A stretch of DNA of 64,000 nucleotides from Octopus vulgaris (lineage: Eukaryota): contig OX597832.1 of NCBI GenBank assembly GCA_951406725.2, forward strand, positions 19,716,001 through 19,780,000, given 5' to 3'. A program made the position numbers and the translations under genes. This document shows positions 12,688 to 26,224 of the stretch, piece after piece. Under the pieces are notes generated by a model, which was given only the letters and a program-made list of their open reading frames with translations, was not told the DNA's origin and ran no database searches. Within the stretch, counting starts at the first letter, position 1; each line of letters begins with the position of its first letter.

Positions 12688-14258
12688 TGAGAGAGAGAGA
12701 TAGATAGATAGATATATAGATAGATAGATAAATAGATATATGTATGTATATGTATGTATGTATATCTTTATACATATATATAGAACATAGACACAGTCAC
12801 ACACACATATATACACACATATAAACACACAGAATAAACACATGCATGCTAGATAAGTGTGAATGTATATATGTATTTGAGTATTTCATTCGTATTCTTT
12901 TCTTTTATCTCCATTTTTGCGAATATGCTTGAGCATTCTTGCGGTTACTCAAAAATACACACATTCATAAATTTAGAAGTACGCGTGTGTAGGCATACAC
13001 ACACACACGAACGTGTGAAAATGCATGCACGAACAGATACATACACATACGTATATACATGCACACGCAAACCCAGAGATATATACATATAAGCATACGT
13101 ACAAACATACATACATACATACATACATACATACATACATACATGCATACATACATATATAGATAGATATATACATATATGACTGCATGCATATATACAT
13201 ACATGCGATCACGCGCACCTACGCATTGACACGCAAGCACATATACACCCTATTGACGTCTTTGTCTGCTTGTGTATGTATGCCTGAATGTTGATATGTA
13301 TATATACCGGCATGTATATATGCTTGTATGTATGTAAGATATCAAGCGTATGTGTCTTCTGTGTGTCTGTAGTTTAGTCTGATAAATTCCATTAAAAAGA
13401 AAAAAAGAAAGTAGACAGCAACTATGTATAATATTGAGTGTGAATCCTTAAAAAAATCTCTGAAATGGCGAACGATTTAAATATAGAAGATGACGCAATA
13501 AATTCTTAGGTAATTAGATGATGGCGTTTACACAAGATCCATTTTGTATTTGTTATTTTAAAGCATTTGTGCTCGTCATTCTTCAGTTCTATTTTTTTTT
13601 TAAATACATTTTCTTTTACCTTTTGGTCACAAATATTTTCGATAAGGTTTTGCGTTGCGCGTATATGTATGTATGCATTCTTAGTTATAGCTATGCAGTT
13701 ACGCCTGTGAATGCATATAAATCTATGGCTTTATGACACTCATAGACACTGTGTGTGTGTGTGTGTGTGTATGGGACTGTGCTTATGTGTGCTTGTTTAT
13801 ATATTCTGTCCTTTGGCAGCTATCCGTCTATCTACCTACATGTCAATCTATGTATCTATGCATCAGACTATCTACCTATTTGTCAACGTATTTCTCAATA
13901 TACAGTGTTGGTCAGAAGTCACCTGGCAGTAAATCAAAATTCCATAAATACGTAATATTCCATTTTATTCATTCATTCCAATTAAGAATGTTTAATAATT
14001 GAATGCTGTGATTAAAATTCACCATTTTCTTTTATTTTTTCCCCCAACATTTGTCTTTTTATTAGTGAAGTCACATAAAATAATATTTTGTTTTAATCTT
14101 GGAATTACCTGCGCTTTGATTTACTGTCAGATTACTTTTGGCCAACGCTGTACACACACACACACACACACACAGACACACACATACACACATACACTCA
14201 CACAAACATGCACACACACACAAATATATGTATATATATATATTACGTCATATGTAGG

Positions 14259-14465
14259 TGGAGGCACATGGCCTAGTGGTCAGAGCAGCGGACTCGTGGT
14301 CGAGGGATCGCGGGTTCGAATCTCAGACCGGGCGATGTGTGTGTTTATGAGCGAAACACCTAAGCTCAACGCGGCTCCAAGCAGAATGTAATGTCGAACT
14401 TCTGCTGACTTTTTCACCACAACTTTCTCTCACTCTTTCCTCCTGCATCTTGCAGCTCACCTTTC
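14259..14465 (+). mobile_element. tRNA-derived SINE family C
   Basis: tggcctagtggtcagagc ... ggttcgaatctc; shared caactttctctcactc. Confidence 0.82.
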
Positions 14466-14727
14466 ATGTCGTACGCTCAGTCAATTGCGAAGACATCATC
14501 ATATAAAACCATTGGTTACCCAGTTAATCCACAAATCAAGTATATACACAGATATTTGAGTTTATGCATGTCCATGAGTGTGCAACTGAATCTAGATGTA
14601 TGTGCTTATAGGTGACCGTATGTATCATATGCAGTAATATTTCTCTGTAACTGATAATCGTAAGTGGAAAGAATTATTTGAAAGGAATCATAAATGAAAG
14701 GAATTTAGCACTTCTGCTCGATATGCA

Positions 14728-14794
<67 letters not shown>

Positions 14795-15440
14795 CGTGCG
14801 TGTGTGTGTATATGTATGTGTGTGTGAGAGAGATCAGGAGAGAGTATCATGGCCCATGACAATATCTTCTGCCTGGGACTTAACAGTCAGGAGAGGAAAG
14901 GATGACGTTTTTCTTTGACTGAAAAACCGACTGAAATAGTTTCCCGAGCAACGGTTTTCTTAAGGGTAAACACGAAACACATTGATAACACACGTGTATG
15001 AACACACACAAAACACAGCACGCACACATTCACACACACACGCACACACACACACATACTCACATACATACACTTACGTACATGCATGTATTTATCTTGT
15101 TCTCGAAGGTGTCTGTATTTTACGTATGCAAACACTTTCTATAAGTCTAGCATCTGTCACGATCGATTTAGAATTACGTAATATAATTTACTCTTTTTGT
15201 TCTCTTATTTATTATCGAGTGTTGCTTTTATTTTAAAATCGTTATTATAATTCAGTATAAACATTGCTGTTCTTTTTGATCAACTGCAAAATCTATTAAT
15301 GCCATCAAAGTAAATGCTGACACGATTTCTACGGTTGAATAGAAAGACGTATGTACAGACTTCAGCATTATTTTATAGTTTTCACAAAGCTGCTAGTATA
15401 TATTTATATTTTCGAGCATTAAGATAAGCATTCATATGTT

Positions 15441-15497
<57 letters not shown>

Positions 15498-15538
15498 GTA
15501 TATGTACGCATGTATGCACATATGTACATGTGCATATA

Positions 15539-15588
<50 letters not shown>

Positions 15589-15648
15589 CACGCATGCATA
15601 TATATTTATATATATGTATTCATTTATGTATGTATATGTATGTATATG

Positions 15649-15679
<31 letters not shown>

Positions 15680-15746
15680 TCATATATATATTTAGATATA
15701 TATATATATATGTATATCTATATCCATCTATTTTATATATACAATA

Positions 15747-15798
<52 letters not shown>

Positions 15799-15861
15799 GA
15801 TATTTATAATCTCTCACAGGCCGTCATGTTGATAGTTGAATATTCCAATAATGTAAGATGT

Positions 15862-16408
15862 TAAGAAGGAACTGTTAGCCCATTTACCTCCTTTTCTCCT
15901 ACTATTCTCTCCTACTACTCTGCCACACTCTCTCCCTTAATACTCCTCCCTTGCTCACGTGGCTCCTACCTGACCATGAGCCATCTTTCTTCTCCTAACT
16001 TGTGTTTCTTTCTCACCGTTGTAGCTGGAAGAGGGAAGATTTGTTCTTGTCTGTCTCCTGTCCAAGCCTGATTTACAAGTTCACCACCACAAACTCGTTT
16101 AGGCTTAGCAGCCATTCTTGATTATTTTTACTGTCCTGTTTGTGTTACGAATTTTGACCCTTTTCAAAATCACAAACTTTACTTAATTTACGTTGCGGGA
16201 GCAACTGTTTATGAAAAGCGTATACTGATGTTAAATGCTCGAAATACGAGACTAGAAAATCAGCCAACAACTGACGAAGGTTTGATCTTCACGTTCTTTG
16301 TTTTTTTTTCTAATTTGTGTCTCTCGTTGTTCGAAAGAATATTTCATGTTCCATGTACTCATGCTTCGTATTTTTTGTTGTACACGTTTCGTAATGTCCT
16401 CTGCCTAT
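15862..16408 (+). mobile_element. Probable decayed PLE pseudo-LTR
   Basis: Pyrimidine-rich unit ending in (TA)n with partial HHR halves (CTGATG..CTCGAAA; CTGACGAAGG). Confidence 0.35.
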
Positions 16409-16419
16409 ATATGTATATA

Positions 16420-16755
16420 TATATAAGAAAAAAGGTTTGAAAATGCAATTTAAACGATGTTTATTTACTTAACCGGTTTCACTCTTTGGTAAAAGATTGT
16501 CTAAAAAAACATTTTTGAATTCATAATATCCAATGTGACAATTATGTAAAAAACTTTTTTGAATGCATAATATTCAATGTGACAATTATGTAAAAAACTT
16601 TTTTGAACTCATATTATTCAATGATACTTTTAATGTTACTTTTGACAATCTTTTACCAAAGAGTGAAACCGGTTAAGTAAATAAACATCGTTTAAATTGC
16701 ATTTTCAAACCTTTTTTCTTATATAATCCCACTCGTGCGATACCCCACAACTCAA

Positions 16756-16760
<5 letters not shown>
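16420..16760 (+). mobile_element. PLE terminal unit with 5' inverted copy (82-bp arms 16420-16501 and 16644-16725)
   Basis: Perfect inverted arms around ~2.7 copies of a ~44-bp tandem repeat; short tail, then (TA)n. Confidence 0.75.
16636..16680 (+). ncRNA. Minimal hammerhead ribozyme with U3-A8 variant core
   Basis: ttactt-TTGACAA-t-ctttt-acca-aagag-t-GAAA-ccgg-TT-aagtaa; 6-bp stem I; palindromic AACCGGTT. Confidence 0.72.
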
Positions 16761-16829
<69 letters not shown>

Positions 16830-17555
16830 CGCATAGATGTAAGTATATACATAAACGTATGTATATATACATATATATATGTGTGTGTGTGTGTGTTTAT
16901 ATGTATGTAAGTATGTATATGTGTGTGTATGTATGTATGCATGTATGAATGTATGTATGTATGTCTGTATGATTGTATGTATGTATGCAACATGAGTAAA
17001 GATTTTCTACCAGTCATCATGTTAAATTTAACATTTATTTACATTATTTTCATATTGCATGATCATTGTTACACATCGTTCAAGTTCTCTTCTTTCTTTC
17101 TTTTTTGCCTTAATCTATTTATTTATTTTTCTTGCCGTAGAAAGCATCCCTGTATGTGCTGTATTATGTGTCGAAACTATCATGGTATCCGACGAGGCAG
17201 CTAATGATAAGATTTTCTATGTGTTAATAGTCTATGTTTTCGTTTAATATCTGACGGATCTCTTCGCTGTCAACGTCTCAATATATCCGTTGGTAGTTGA
17301 ATTTTCAATTCTAATATTATTGTTTATAGTATCTGAAATATATGTTAACTTTTGCACTTTAACATGTGAGTGACTGTGTGAGCGTGTGTAGATTAGTTTA
17401 TAGGCTATTTAAATAACATAGGCATATATGTACATATACATAGAAGCACATTTATTCGAATACATATATATTTCTTCGTGTATACATGCCGATGTATACG
17501 TTTATGTATATAGATACACAGACGTATTTATAGACGGATCGATAGAGAGATAGAA

Positions 17556-17642
<87 letters not shown>

Positions 17643-18250
17643 CAGATGAACAGAAAGACAGACAGACAGACAGACATATGGATAGATAGATAGACAGTGA
17701 GACAGATAGAAAGAAAGACAGACAGACATAGATGGATAGGTAGATAAATAGATAGATAAATAGATAGATAAGTAGAGATATAGATATGGATATATGCGTC
17801 TATTTATGTGTGTATATACATATATATATATGTATATATAGATACAGATAGATAGAGAGAGAGAGAAAGAGAAAGAGAGAGAGGGAGAGAGGGGGAGAAA
17901 GAGAAGGAGAAGTGAAGTGATAGAGAGAACAATAAACATAAAGTGAAGAGGAAGAAATAGGGGCGAAAAAATAGAAAGTATATTCCACTCAGAGCGAAAA
18001 ATACATCTATGGAAGATGTGTTGATATTTTGCTACTTTCCTACTCTCTATTTATATTTATGTTCTTCGCCTCAAGATATGATAATTATCGATGCACTCCA
18101 GGAAGTATTTTTATTGTTCCTAGTTTCACAAACACCCACTCTTAGCTATATAGTACACTCACACAAATATATATTTATCAACTGCCATACAAACATGCAT
18201 ATACATACATACACACACATATATATTTATATATATATATATATATACGT

Positions 18251-18296
<46 letters not shown>

Positions 18297-18297
18297 G

Positions 18298-18328
<31 letters not shown>

Positions 18329-18330
18329 GT

Positions 18331-18380
<50 letters not shown>

Positions 18381-18455
18381 GTATATACATATATATATGT
18401 ATGTATATATATATTCATATCTACTTAGAGATACAGCTGCGTACACGAACACAAG

Positions 18456-18504
<49 letters not shown>

Positions 18505-18713
18505 TACATGGTTTCGCACACAGACTTACACACGCACACACGCGAACTAACGCACATACATACACGCACAGACACACACTCAAACACACATACGTGCGCT
18601 AACATATAAACCCACATATACGGAACATCGGTTAAGTTATTTAAAAATTTGGAATATTCAGAATCGTATCCAAAGAACTTCCTTTCTTCTTGTTCTTCTT
18701 GTTCTTCTTCTCC

Positions 18714-18789
<76 letters not shown>

Positions 18790-19338
18790 GAGAGAGCAGT
18801 TCATGTCATCAAAGTGACACTGGGGTAAAATATACGAAGCTCAGTATATCCATCATGACTACCCGTCTGATAAGGGTAGACCAGGCACATGCATCACAAC
18901 CAAATTTGCGTGACATGGTTATCTCATCAAGATAAACAGCACATGATCTTGCAGGTGGGGCCCAGTTAGAATTTTCTTCTGGTCGAATTGCCCATCCCGC
19001 TCAAAAGGTCCCTGAATAAGGATTGTTTAAGGATGTTGAACGAACCAACTATGTTTCCAATTGTGAATTATCCAGACCCCAAAAGAATCCCTCTAAACAC
19101 ATGGCTATGATGCTTCCTCACTACTTCTCCTCGTAATCAGAGATGCACATATCATCAGCCAATAAGGGACATGCTCAACTGGTTAAGGTCAAACAACTGA
19201 CAAGCAAATCTGTGGTATTGAGCAGAATATTTGCTGTAGCCCATCTTTTATACCAAGACGAAACAATGCACATGATAAAACTTCCAATCAGTTAAGATCA
19301 GAAACAATGAGAGCCACTGCCTGGTACTGCATCAGGGC
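18790..19338 (-). mobile_element. ~550-bp non-coding interspersed element inserted in (TAA)n
   Basis: Sharp boundaries with (TTA)n on both sides; no ORF; ATTGG and TATAAAAG on the minus strand. Orientation is tentative. Confidence 0.6.
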
Positions 19339-19690
<352 letters not shown>

Positions 19691-19855
19691 ATAATTATTT
19701 ATATGGATATAATTGATGGTTGTTGTTGTTGTTGCTGTGCTTGTTATTTTTGTTGTTTCTCTTAATAGAGCTGGATATTTAAGAGATGAGTAATTACGTA
19801 CATTATTTACATTGTATACATTTGACGGATATTTGTCTTCATGCTGTATGTTGTT

Positions 19856-19901
19856 AACACAACCTTTCGGCTGATATACCCGCCAGCCTTCATCAGGTGT
19901 T
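19856..19901 (-). ncRNA. Minimal hammerhead ribozyme, same family as 20177-20222
   Basis: Minus strand: aacac-CTGATGA-a-ggctg..cagcc-GAAA-gg-TT-gtgtt. Confidence 0.75.
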
Positions 19902-20176
19902 TTGGGAAAATTTCCTAAGGTACTTTTCGATGATATAATGATAATAATAATAATAATAATAATAATAATATTAATAATAATGATAATAATAATAATAATA
20001 ATAATAATAATTATTATTATTATTACTATTATTATTATTGTTATCATTATTATTATTATTATTATTATAACAGTAACAAAAACAACAACAACAATACTAA
20101 TAATAATGATAATAATAATAATACTAACATCGAAACATATCTTAGCAATGAGAACCCAGGTTCGAAATTTCCCCAA

Positions 20177-20222
20177 GACACCTGATGAAGGCTGGAGGGT
20201 ATATCTGCCGAAATGTTGTGTC
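20177..20222 (+). ncRNA. Minimal hammerhead ribozyme
   Basis: gacac-CTGATGA-a-ggc...gcc-GAAA-tg-TT-gtgtc. Confidence 0.75.
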
Positions 20223-21347
20223 AACAACAAACAAGATGAGGACAAATGTATGTCAATGGTAAATAATGTAAATAATTATTTCTATTGTTTTGATTTTTGT
20301 TCTTGTTGTTATTGGTCTTCTTCTAATTGGCCTTAATTCTTCTTATTTCATCACTTACCTTTGATGGTGGTGTTGATTATTTTTCTATTGTTTTTTGTCT
20401 TCGTTTCGTTTATGTTTCATCACAGTTTTACTAATTTGTTCATTTTTACTCGCAAAATATTTCAAAATAGTAAAACATCAATTCCCATTTTTGCGGTTGC
20501 TTTTTTTTTCTTTTGACTGTAATTTATTTTAAACATTTTAAAGCACGTGTATATATCATGGCTCCTGAACCATTTGCTTTCGACATTCTTGATAGGAAAT
20601 ATTCAAATATATAATAGCGGATTTTGGTCATAGCATGAAAAATGCCTGTAGCTGGCCATCCGTGCATTGCGTCTGAAAATACAATTGGTCAATTAAGGAA
20701 AAACGTAAGGAAAATCGAAAAAATCCTATAGCTTCTAAAGTGCCATACTTATAAAACTCAGCAGCTCTAATTTGAGAAACAGAAAGGGAAAGGAAAATAG
20801 CGAGAATGCAAACTTAAATGGTAAAAACCAATGCATTTCCAATAGCTACGTACATTTTGCTAGCGTTGCAGGAGCCTCTGTACGGTGTGTGGAAGGATGT
20901 GTTCTTTACAAGTGTCAGGCCATATGGTAGCATGTGACTGGTTGTTTAATCATGAGAATGAAGCCGGAAAATAATCCTAGTCATTAACTCAATAAGGGCG
21001 AAGGACAATACAAATTTTTAATACTAAAGTTATTGGCACAGGCGTTAGCTGTTGGTTTGTTGTCACCTGTACGGTACGGTGCAGGCAACTCATGAGTGTG
21101 GGGTTCACACTTAATCACTTACGCTGGATCATGTTTGGCTGACAACCTTGTCCAGATGATCCATGAGGGAACTCGAAGTTTTCCAATGACTGCTCTCAAC
21201 TGTGAACAGAGAATACATCAATCAAAGACGTAGTGCAGACTGAAGAATCAAAGTCTTTGAGAAGTGGAAAAGCAAAATACACAATGACGGATTGTATCCG
21301 AAGCGAAGACCATAACTTCATCTTTAAATATAATATGTAATGTAATA

Positions 21348-21792
21348 TCGTAAATCCTCGCGTATAATCCGCATTTTTTTTCCCAAAATTTAATGGTCAA
21401 ATTCCCTAGAGCGTACAATATACGAGGTTAAAAATGAAAAATATTTTCTAAGCAATGTCCTAATCTCTATTTGCTGTCCAGCAATATTTATTCAGACGCA
21501 TTTTGTGATGTCGGGTGCGAAAATACCTTAAGCTAAGCCTGAAAGCAATGAAGTCATAAAAGAATCATCCACAACTTGTAGTAAGCAACGTTTATTAAAA
21601 TAAAAGTATTCAGAACACAGAATAACATGCAACAAAAACAATTTGCAAACATATTTACCTTCCCATATAACAGTTAAGAACATCACCATTATTGTATTAC
21701 GCATGCGCGGAATCATTTGTTCGACTAGGTGCTTAATTACGCAATCCCCTGCGTATTACACTCAAGGGTGGACTATATTCGAGGATTTACGG
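21348..21792. mobile_element. Tc2/pogo-like MITE
   Basis: TIR (C)CGTAAATCCTCG..TATA, TA flanks; homologous to 41215-41723. Confidence 0.82.
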
Positions 21793-21844
21793 TATATAAT
21801 ATATACTTTGCCTTTCTTGGTTTTGGGGTCAATAAAAAAAGTAC

Positions 21845-22200
21845 CCGCAACGATTCAAGATAATTTAATTGAAAAGAATTATTTCATTGGGTTATGTGAA
21901 GACAATTTCAAAACCGTTATGCGCGCCAATTACCTTCTTTCTAGCACATCGTCAAAAGTAATGTAACTAAGTTATCTAGTCACGCATCGAGTATGAAGAC
22001 CAACTCCGCATAAACTTACAGTCGAGTGGACCATCGAAGAGAAACCTGAGCCATACGTTAATGATTCTAGGAAATGTAACAAATGCGTAGCAGAACAAAC
22101 TCAAATTCTTCTTAGATCGAATTCCAGCACAATGCTTAATTGTAGATATGAAATTATTAGTAAGTGCAAACAGATGAACAGGTTTCTGTTGTGGAACGTA
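21845..22200 (+). pseudogene. Decayed GIY-YIG endonuclease of a Hydra-type PLE
   Basis: Across frameshifts: YFIGLCEDNFKT ... TKLSSH ... VEWTIEEKPEPYVNDSRKCNKCVAEQ ... MLNCRYEIISKCKQMNRFLL, matching the remembered CxxC / LNxRxE..KCRH pattern. The second part is not in the ORF track. Confidence 0.75.
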
Positions 22201-22414
22201 AGAATACCAGCCGCTCCAGAGGGAGTTGCTGTCACGCAGATTCTGACATATTTTCTGTTTTAGTGTTCTACACGAAACGCATTAATTTTGTTTTCTGCAA
22301 TAATCAGAAAGGACAGGGATCTTGGTATTCGGTGTTCCTGCTTACGTTTTTTTTTCTCGTTAGATTATTTGCAGTAACAATCTTCTCGTTTTTCTCATTG
22401 TCCTACGCATAGAC

Positions 22415-22505
22415 AGAGCCTGAATGCTTGCTTGGAGATACATAGCGTATTTTAAAACTATGCCTAGTTAAAGTATCACAAAAGCATGAAACTATCAGTA
22501 GCTCT
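22415..22505 (+). ncRNA. Degenerate hammerhead downstream of the Hydra-type PLE endonuclease
   Basis: agagc-CTGAATGC-t-tgct...agca-t-GAAA-ctatcag-TA-gctct; stem I 5 bp; stem III ACT/AGT. Confidence 0.62.
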
Positions 22506-22568
22506 TTCGGTATGTGTATTGAATTGATATATAATATATTTATATATATATAATATGTATATACATAC

Positions 22569-22615
<47 letters not shown>

Positions 22616-22618
<3 letters not shown>

Positions 22619-22870
22619 AGGCGTGTGGCTTAGTGGATAGGGTGTCAGCATCATGATCGTAAGATTGTTGTTTCGATTCCTGGACCGGGCGACACGTAGT
22701 GTTCTTGACCAAAACACTTCATTTCACGTTGCTCCAGTCCACTCAGCTGGCAAAATTGAGTAACGCTGAGATGGACTGGCGTCCCGTCCAGCTGGGGAAC
22801 ACATAACCTATAGAAACTGGGAAACTGGGCCCATGTGCCTGGCTAAGGTTTTAAGTGGGCGCATTGATTT
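22616..22870 (+). mobile_element. tRNA-derived SINE family B (CORE-like central domain)
   Basis: A box tggcttagtgg, B box gtttcgattcc, tgttcttga.caaaacactt core. Confidence 0.88.
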
Positions 22871-22874
22871 ATTT

Positions 22875-22979
<105 letters not shown>

Positions 22980-23535
22980 CACATACATATACACACACAG
23001 ACACACACGCATATATATAAACATGTAAACACACACACATATAAATTCATATAAAAATTCTTTATATGTGGACATGTTTTTGATAGCTTAATAGTGAAGA
23101 GCTCCTTAGAATGATGTCTGCTATGTAGCAGTTCAGTTTTTCTTTAATGTTACTTTTGTTCTTGGCCTTCTTTTTCATTTCTTTTTTTGGGGTGTGTGGT
23201 GGTTGTGGTGGTGGTGGTGGTGGTGGGGGGGTCGTGGAATTATAACGAAGAGAGGTGTTGACATGTTTTTAATGAAATATTTGGCCGGTGTTGTTTTTGC
23301 TTTTGTTGTCGTTGTTGTTGTTCGTGTTGCTATTTGTGATAATTCGCGTTATTTTGCTTTATTTCTCCATATTTCTGAGTTTTTGTTGTTGGTTTGGTTC
23401 CATGCCACAACAACGACGACGACAACAACAACAACAACAACAACAACAAAAGCAGCAGCAGAAACAAATGCAGATGCGTAGCATCAACACCACCACTACT
23501 ATCACCACAAACACCACTCCTCTCCTCTCCTCTTT

Positions 23536-23601
<66 letters not shown>

Positions 23602-23750
23602 TTACTACCACTACTACTATTTCTACTGATAATTATAAATACGATGCGATGATGATGCCGTGGGTGCAGAGAAGTTGTTGTTAGCTGAAAAGGTGGGAGA
23701 TAGAACATAAAAAAATATATATTTAAACACACACATGTATGTATGCCTGC

Positions 23751-23803
<53 letters not shown>

Positions 23804-24404
23804 CATAAGCATATATATATTTTGATACATATATATATATATATATATATACATTTATATATATATATATATACACACATATATTTACATACATATATAT
23901 GTACACATATATTTACATACATATATATATATATATATGTAAATATATATGTATATGTACTTATGTATTTATGTGTGTGTGTATGTGCATATAAATTTCC
24001 ATATGCACATATATGCATACATATACATATATTTACATGTAAGAATGTGTTTTTCTATTATAACTCATTCTTGCCTTTTGGCCATACAGAGAAATACATG
24101 GGAGCCGGCAGCTATGCTTGAATAGAACATGTGTTATGTATTACTCATATATATCTGTTTGTGGAGACAGGTTTGTTTCCTTGTGACGCTATATTTTAGC
24201 GTATGCAAGTGATGTTGTTTACGCCATTTCTCGTCCTTACGTTTATATATATATATATATATATATATTTGTGTGTGTGTATATATATATATGCATATAT
24301 ATATATTAGACATGTCATATACGTATATAGCTCTATATAGGTATTTATGTAAATATATATGTACATGTATATCTACACGTGTGCGTCTATATTTGTACAT
24401 CGTG

Positions 24405-24454
<50 letters not shown>

Positions 24455-24981
24455 GATATGTATGTGTGTGTGTGTGTGTATGTATATATATATGTATATA
24501 TGTGTATATGTGTGTGTGTGTAAGTGTGTGTGTGATTCTGTCTGAGTGTGTGTGTGGGTGGTGCGTGTGCGTGTGCTTAAATATTGTGAATTAAACTTTG
24601 TGAACCATATTTGTTTGCTACATATTTGTGTGTCTCTGTAAAATCTTTCCTTGGGTGGGACGATAGTCCATGTATGCTTGTGAAGAAAAACCAAACAAAA
24701 CTGCTCACGTACCTGTAAGTTTAAGAAAGTTCAAACCTAAGTACGTTCGATAGTCTGTCGTCGACAGTATGTTTGCGAATTTTACTGTTTCATTACTAGT
24801 ACTCAATATATAAAACAGAGCCTTATTATTTGCATAAGACCGTTGGACAACTCCATCACCACTCCATGATTTCTTGAGAATGCATTCAGATGAGGTTTCA
24901 CGTATAAATGTTCTGGATACTTTCAACAAACCTTGCGTATTCTTACGATCTTTTTATGTCTACATCATTAGGTGCATATTA

Positions 24982-25165
24982 GGCGGGGAGCTGGCTGAAT
25001 CATTACTGTGCCGGACAAAATGCTTAGCGGTATTTCATTCATCTTTACGCTCGCAGTTCAAATTCTGTCGCGATCGACTCCACCGTTCATCCTTTGAGCA
25101 CTGAGGTCGATATAATCGGTTTATTCCCTCCTTCGAAATTGTAGGTCTTCTGCCAAATTATGAAA
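24982..25165 (+). mobile_element. SINE family D (Meta-domain-like)
   Basis: ggcggggagctggctgaatc head, gttcaaattc B box, tcgact..ttcatccttt..ggtcgata central domain. Confidence 0.75.
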
Positions 25166-25865
25166 CTATTATTATGTGTATATATTTCATTCAAGCAGTT
25201 TTTGTCCTGATAGCTATATAAATGAATGTTTAGTTTAAAGTAACTCTCTCTATGGTTATAATTGTAGCATTTTTGGGGTTGCAAATTCTTTGAATTTCTG
25301 GTAGCTGAAAATTCCTCGGTAAACAGCGATAGAAATATCTGCAAAAATTTACCAATATGAATGTTCTTCATAATTGCAAAAGTTCTAATAAAAACTTATG
25401 TCCAAGATCCTGCGATCTGATGGATCAGTTAAGGTAAGATGATGCCTGGATATGATGAACGAAACGGTATTATAACCATTAACATTATCCCGCTTTAAAC
25501 TTCAGACATTTTTGGATATATTTGATAAGACGTGTTTCTCATTGTCTTGATGCGTATATATGTTGTGCGAATCTTTATGTGAAGGCACTGCTAGTAAGCT
25601 CTATATAGTTATTTCTTTCATTATCATCAGCAACTGAGACTCAAGCACGGAAAACTAAAATAAAGATTTACCAGGAAGAATGTATATTCGTGTTTGAAAG
25701 ATTCATCTTGTTCATACTAGTAATGTAAGCAACGAAATTTTTGTGTAACTATGGTCTTAAGAAAGGAATGTTCTTAAGAAATATTACTTTCTTCGTCGTA
25801 AGACCATACGGATCTACATCTAGCATATGGATGTCCACGTAGTGGTCACCCCTCTTATATGTATA

Positions 25866-25907
<42 letters not shown>

Positions 25908-25956
25908 AATAAATGAAAGAATGGAGTTGAACGACGATTTAACAAAATTCCTTTAT

Positions 25957-26037
25957 TCTCGACATATGTTTCGAAGACTGCATATTCCTAATTTCGATGG
26001 AATAAGGGGTGCATTATGCCGCCTTCTCATCAGGAAA
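25957..26037 (-). ncRNA. Type I hammerhead ribozyme, inverted copy of 26144-26224
   Basis: Reverse complement of the same motif with intact core. Confidence 0.82.
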
Positions 26038-26143
26038 GACAAGGAACTTATGTCAGCATCATTTTTATTTTAAAGAATGTACTCCGTGTGGGCAGTCAGC
26101 TAAAAGTTTTTGTTCATCATGATGCTGGCATAACTTCCTTGTC

Positions 26144-26224
26144 TTTCCTGATGAGAAGGCGGCATAATGCATCCCTTATTCCATCGAAATTAGGAATATG
26201 CAGTCTTCGAAACATATGTCGAGA
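26144..26224 (+). ncRNA. Type I hammerhead ribozyme, canonical core
   Basis: tttc-CTGATGA-(gaaggc..gcata....tatgc..gtcttc)-GAAA-catatg-TC-gaga; GUC cleavage predicted after 26220; palindromic ACATATGT. Confidence 0.85.

Larger units (their letters stand above)
19770..20278. mobile_element. Divergent pair of HHR-bearing PLE-like terminal units in (TAA)n
   Basis: 19770-19935 (-) and ~20128-20278 (+) are diverged copies of one unit, separated by AAT/ATT repeats. Confidence 0.7.

Noticed and set aside
14259-14335. tRNA-like sequence (also at 2690-2763 and 22616-22690)
   Set aside because: No proper acceptor stem, and it continues into SINE body; these are SINE heads, not tRNA genes.
16502-16625. 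Short direct repeats resembling a CRISPR array
   Set aside because: Tandem 44-mers with no unique spacers, in eukaryotic context.
19090-19162. Minus-strand CTGATGA inside the TAA-targeted element
   Set aside because: No correctly placed GAAA/UH to complete a hammerhead.
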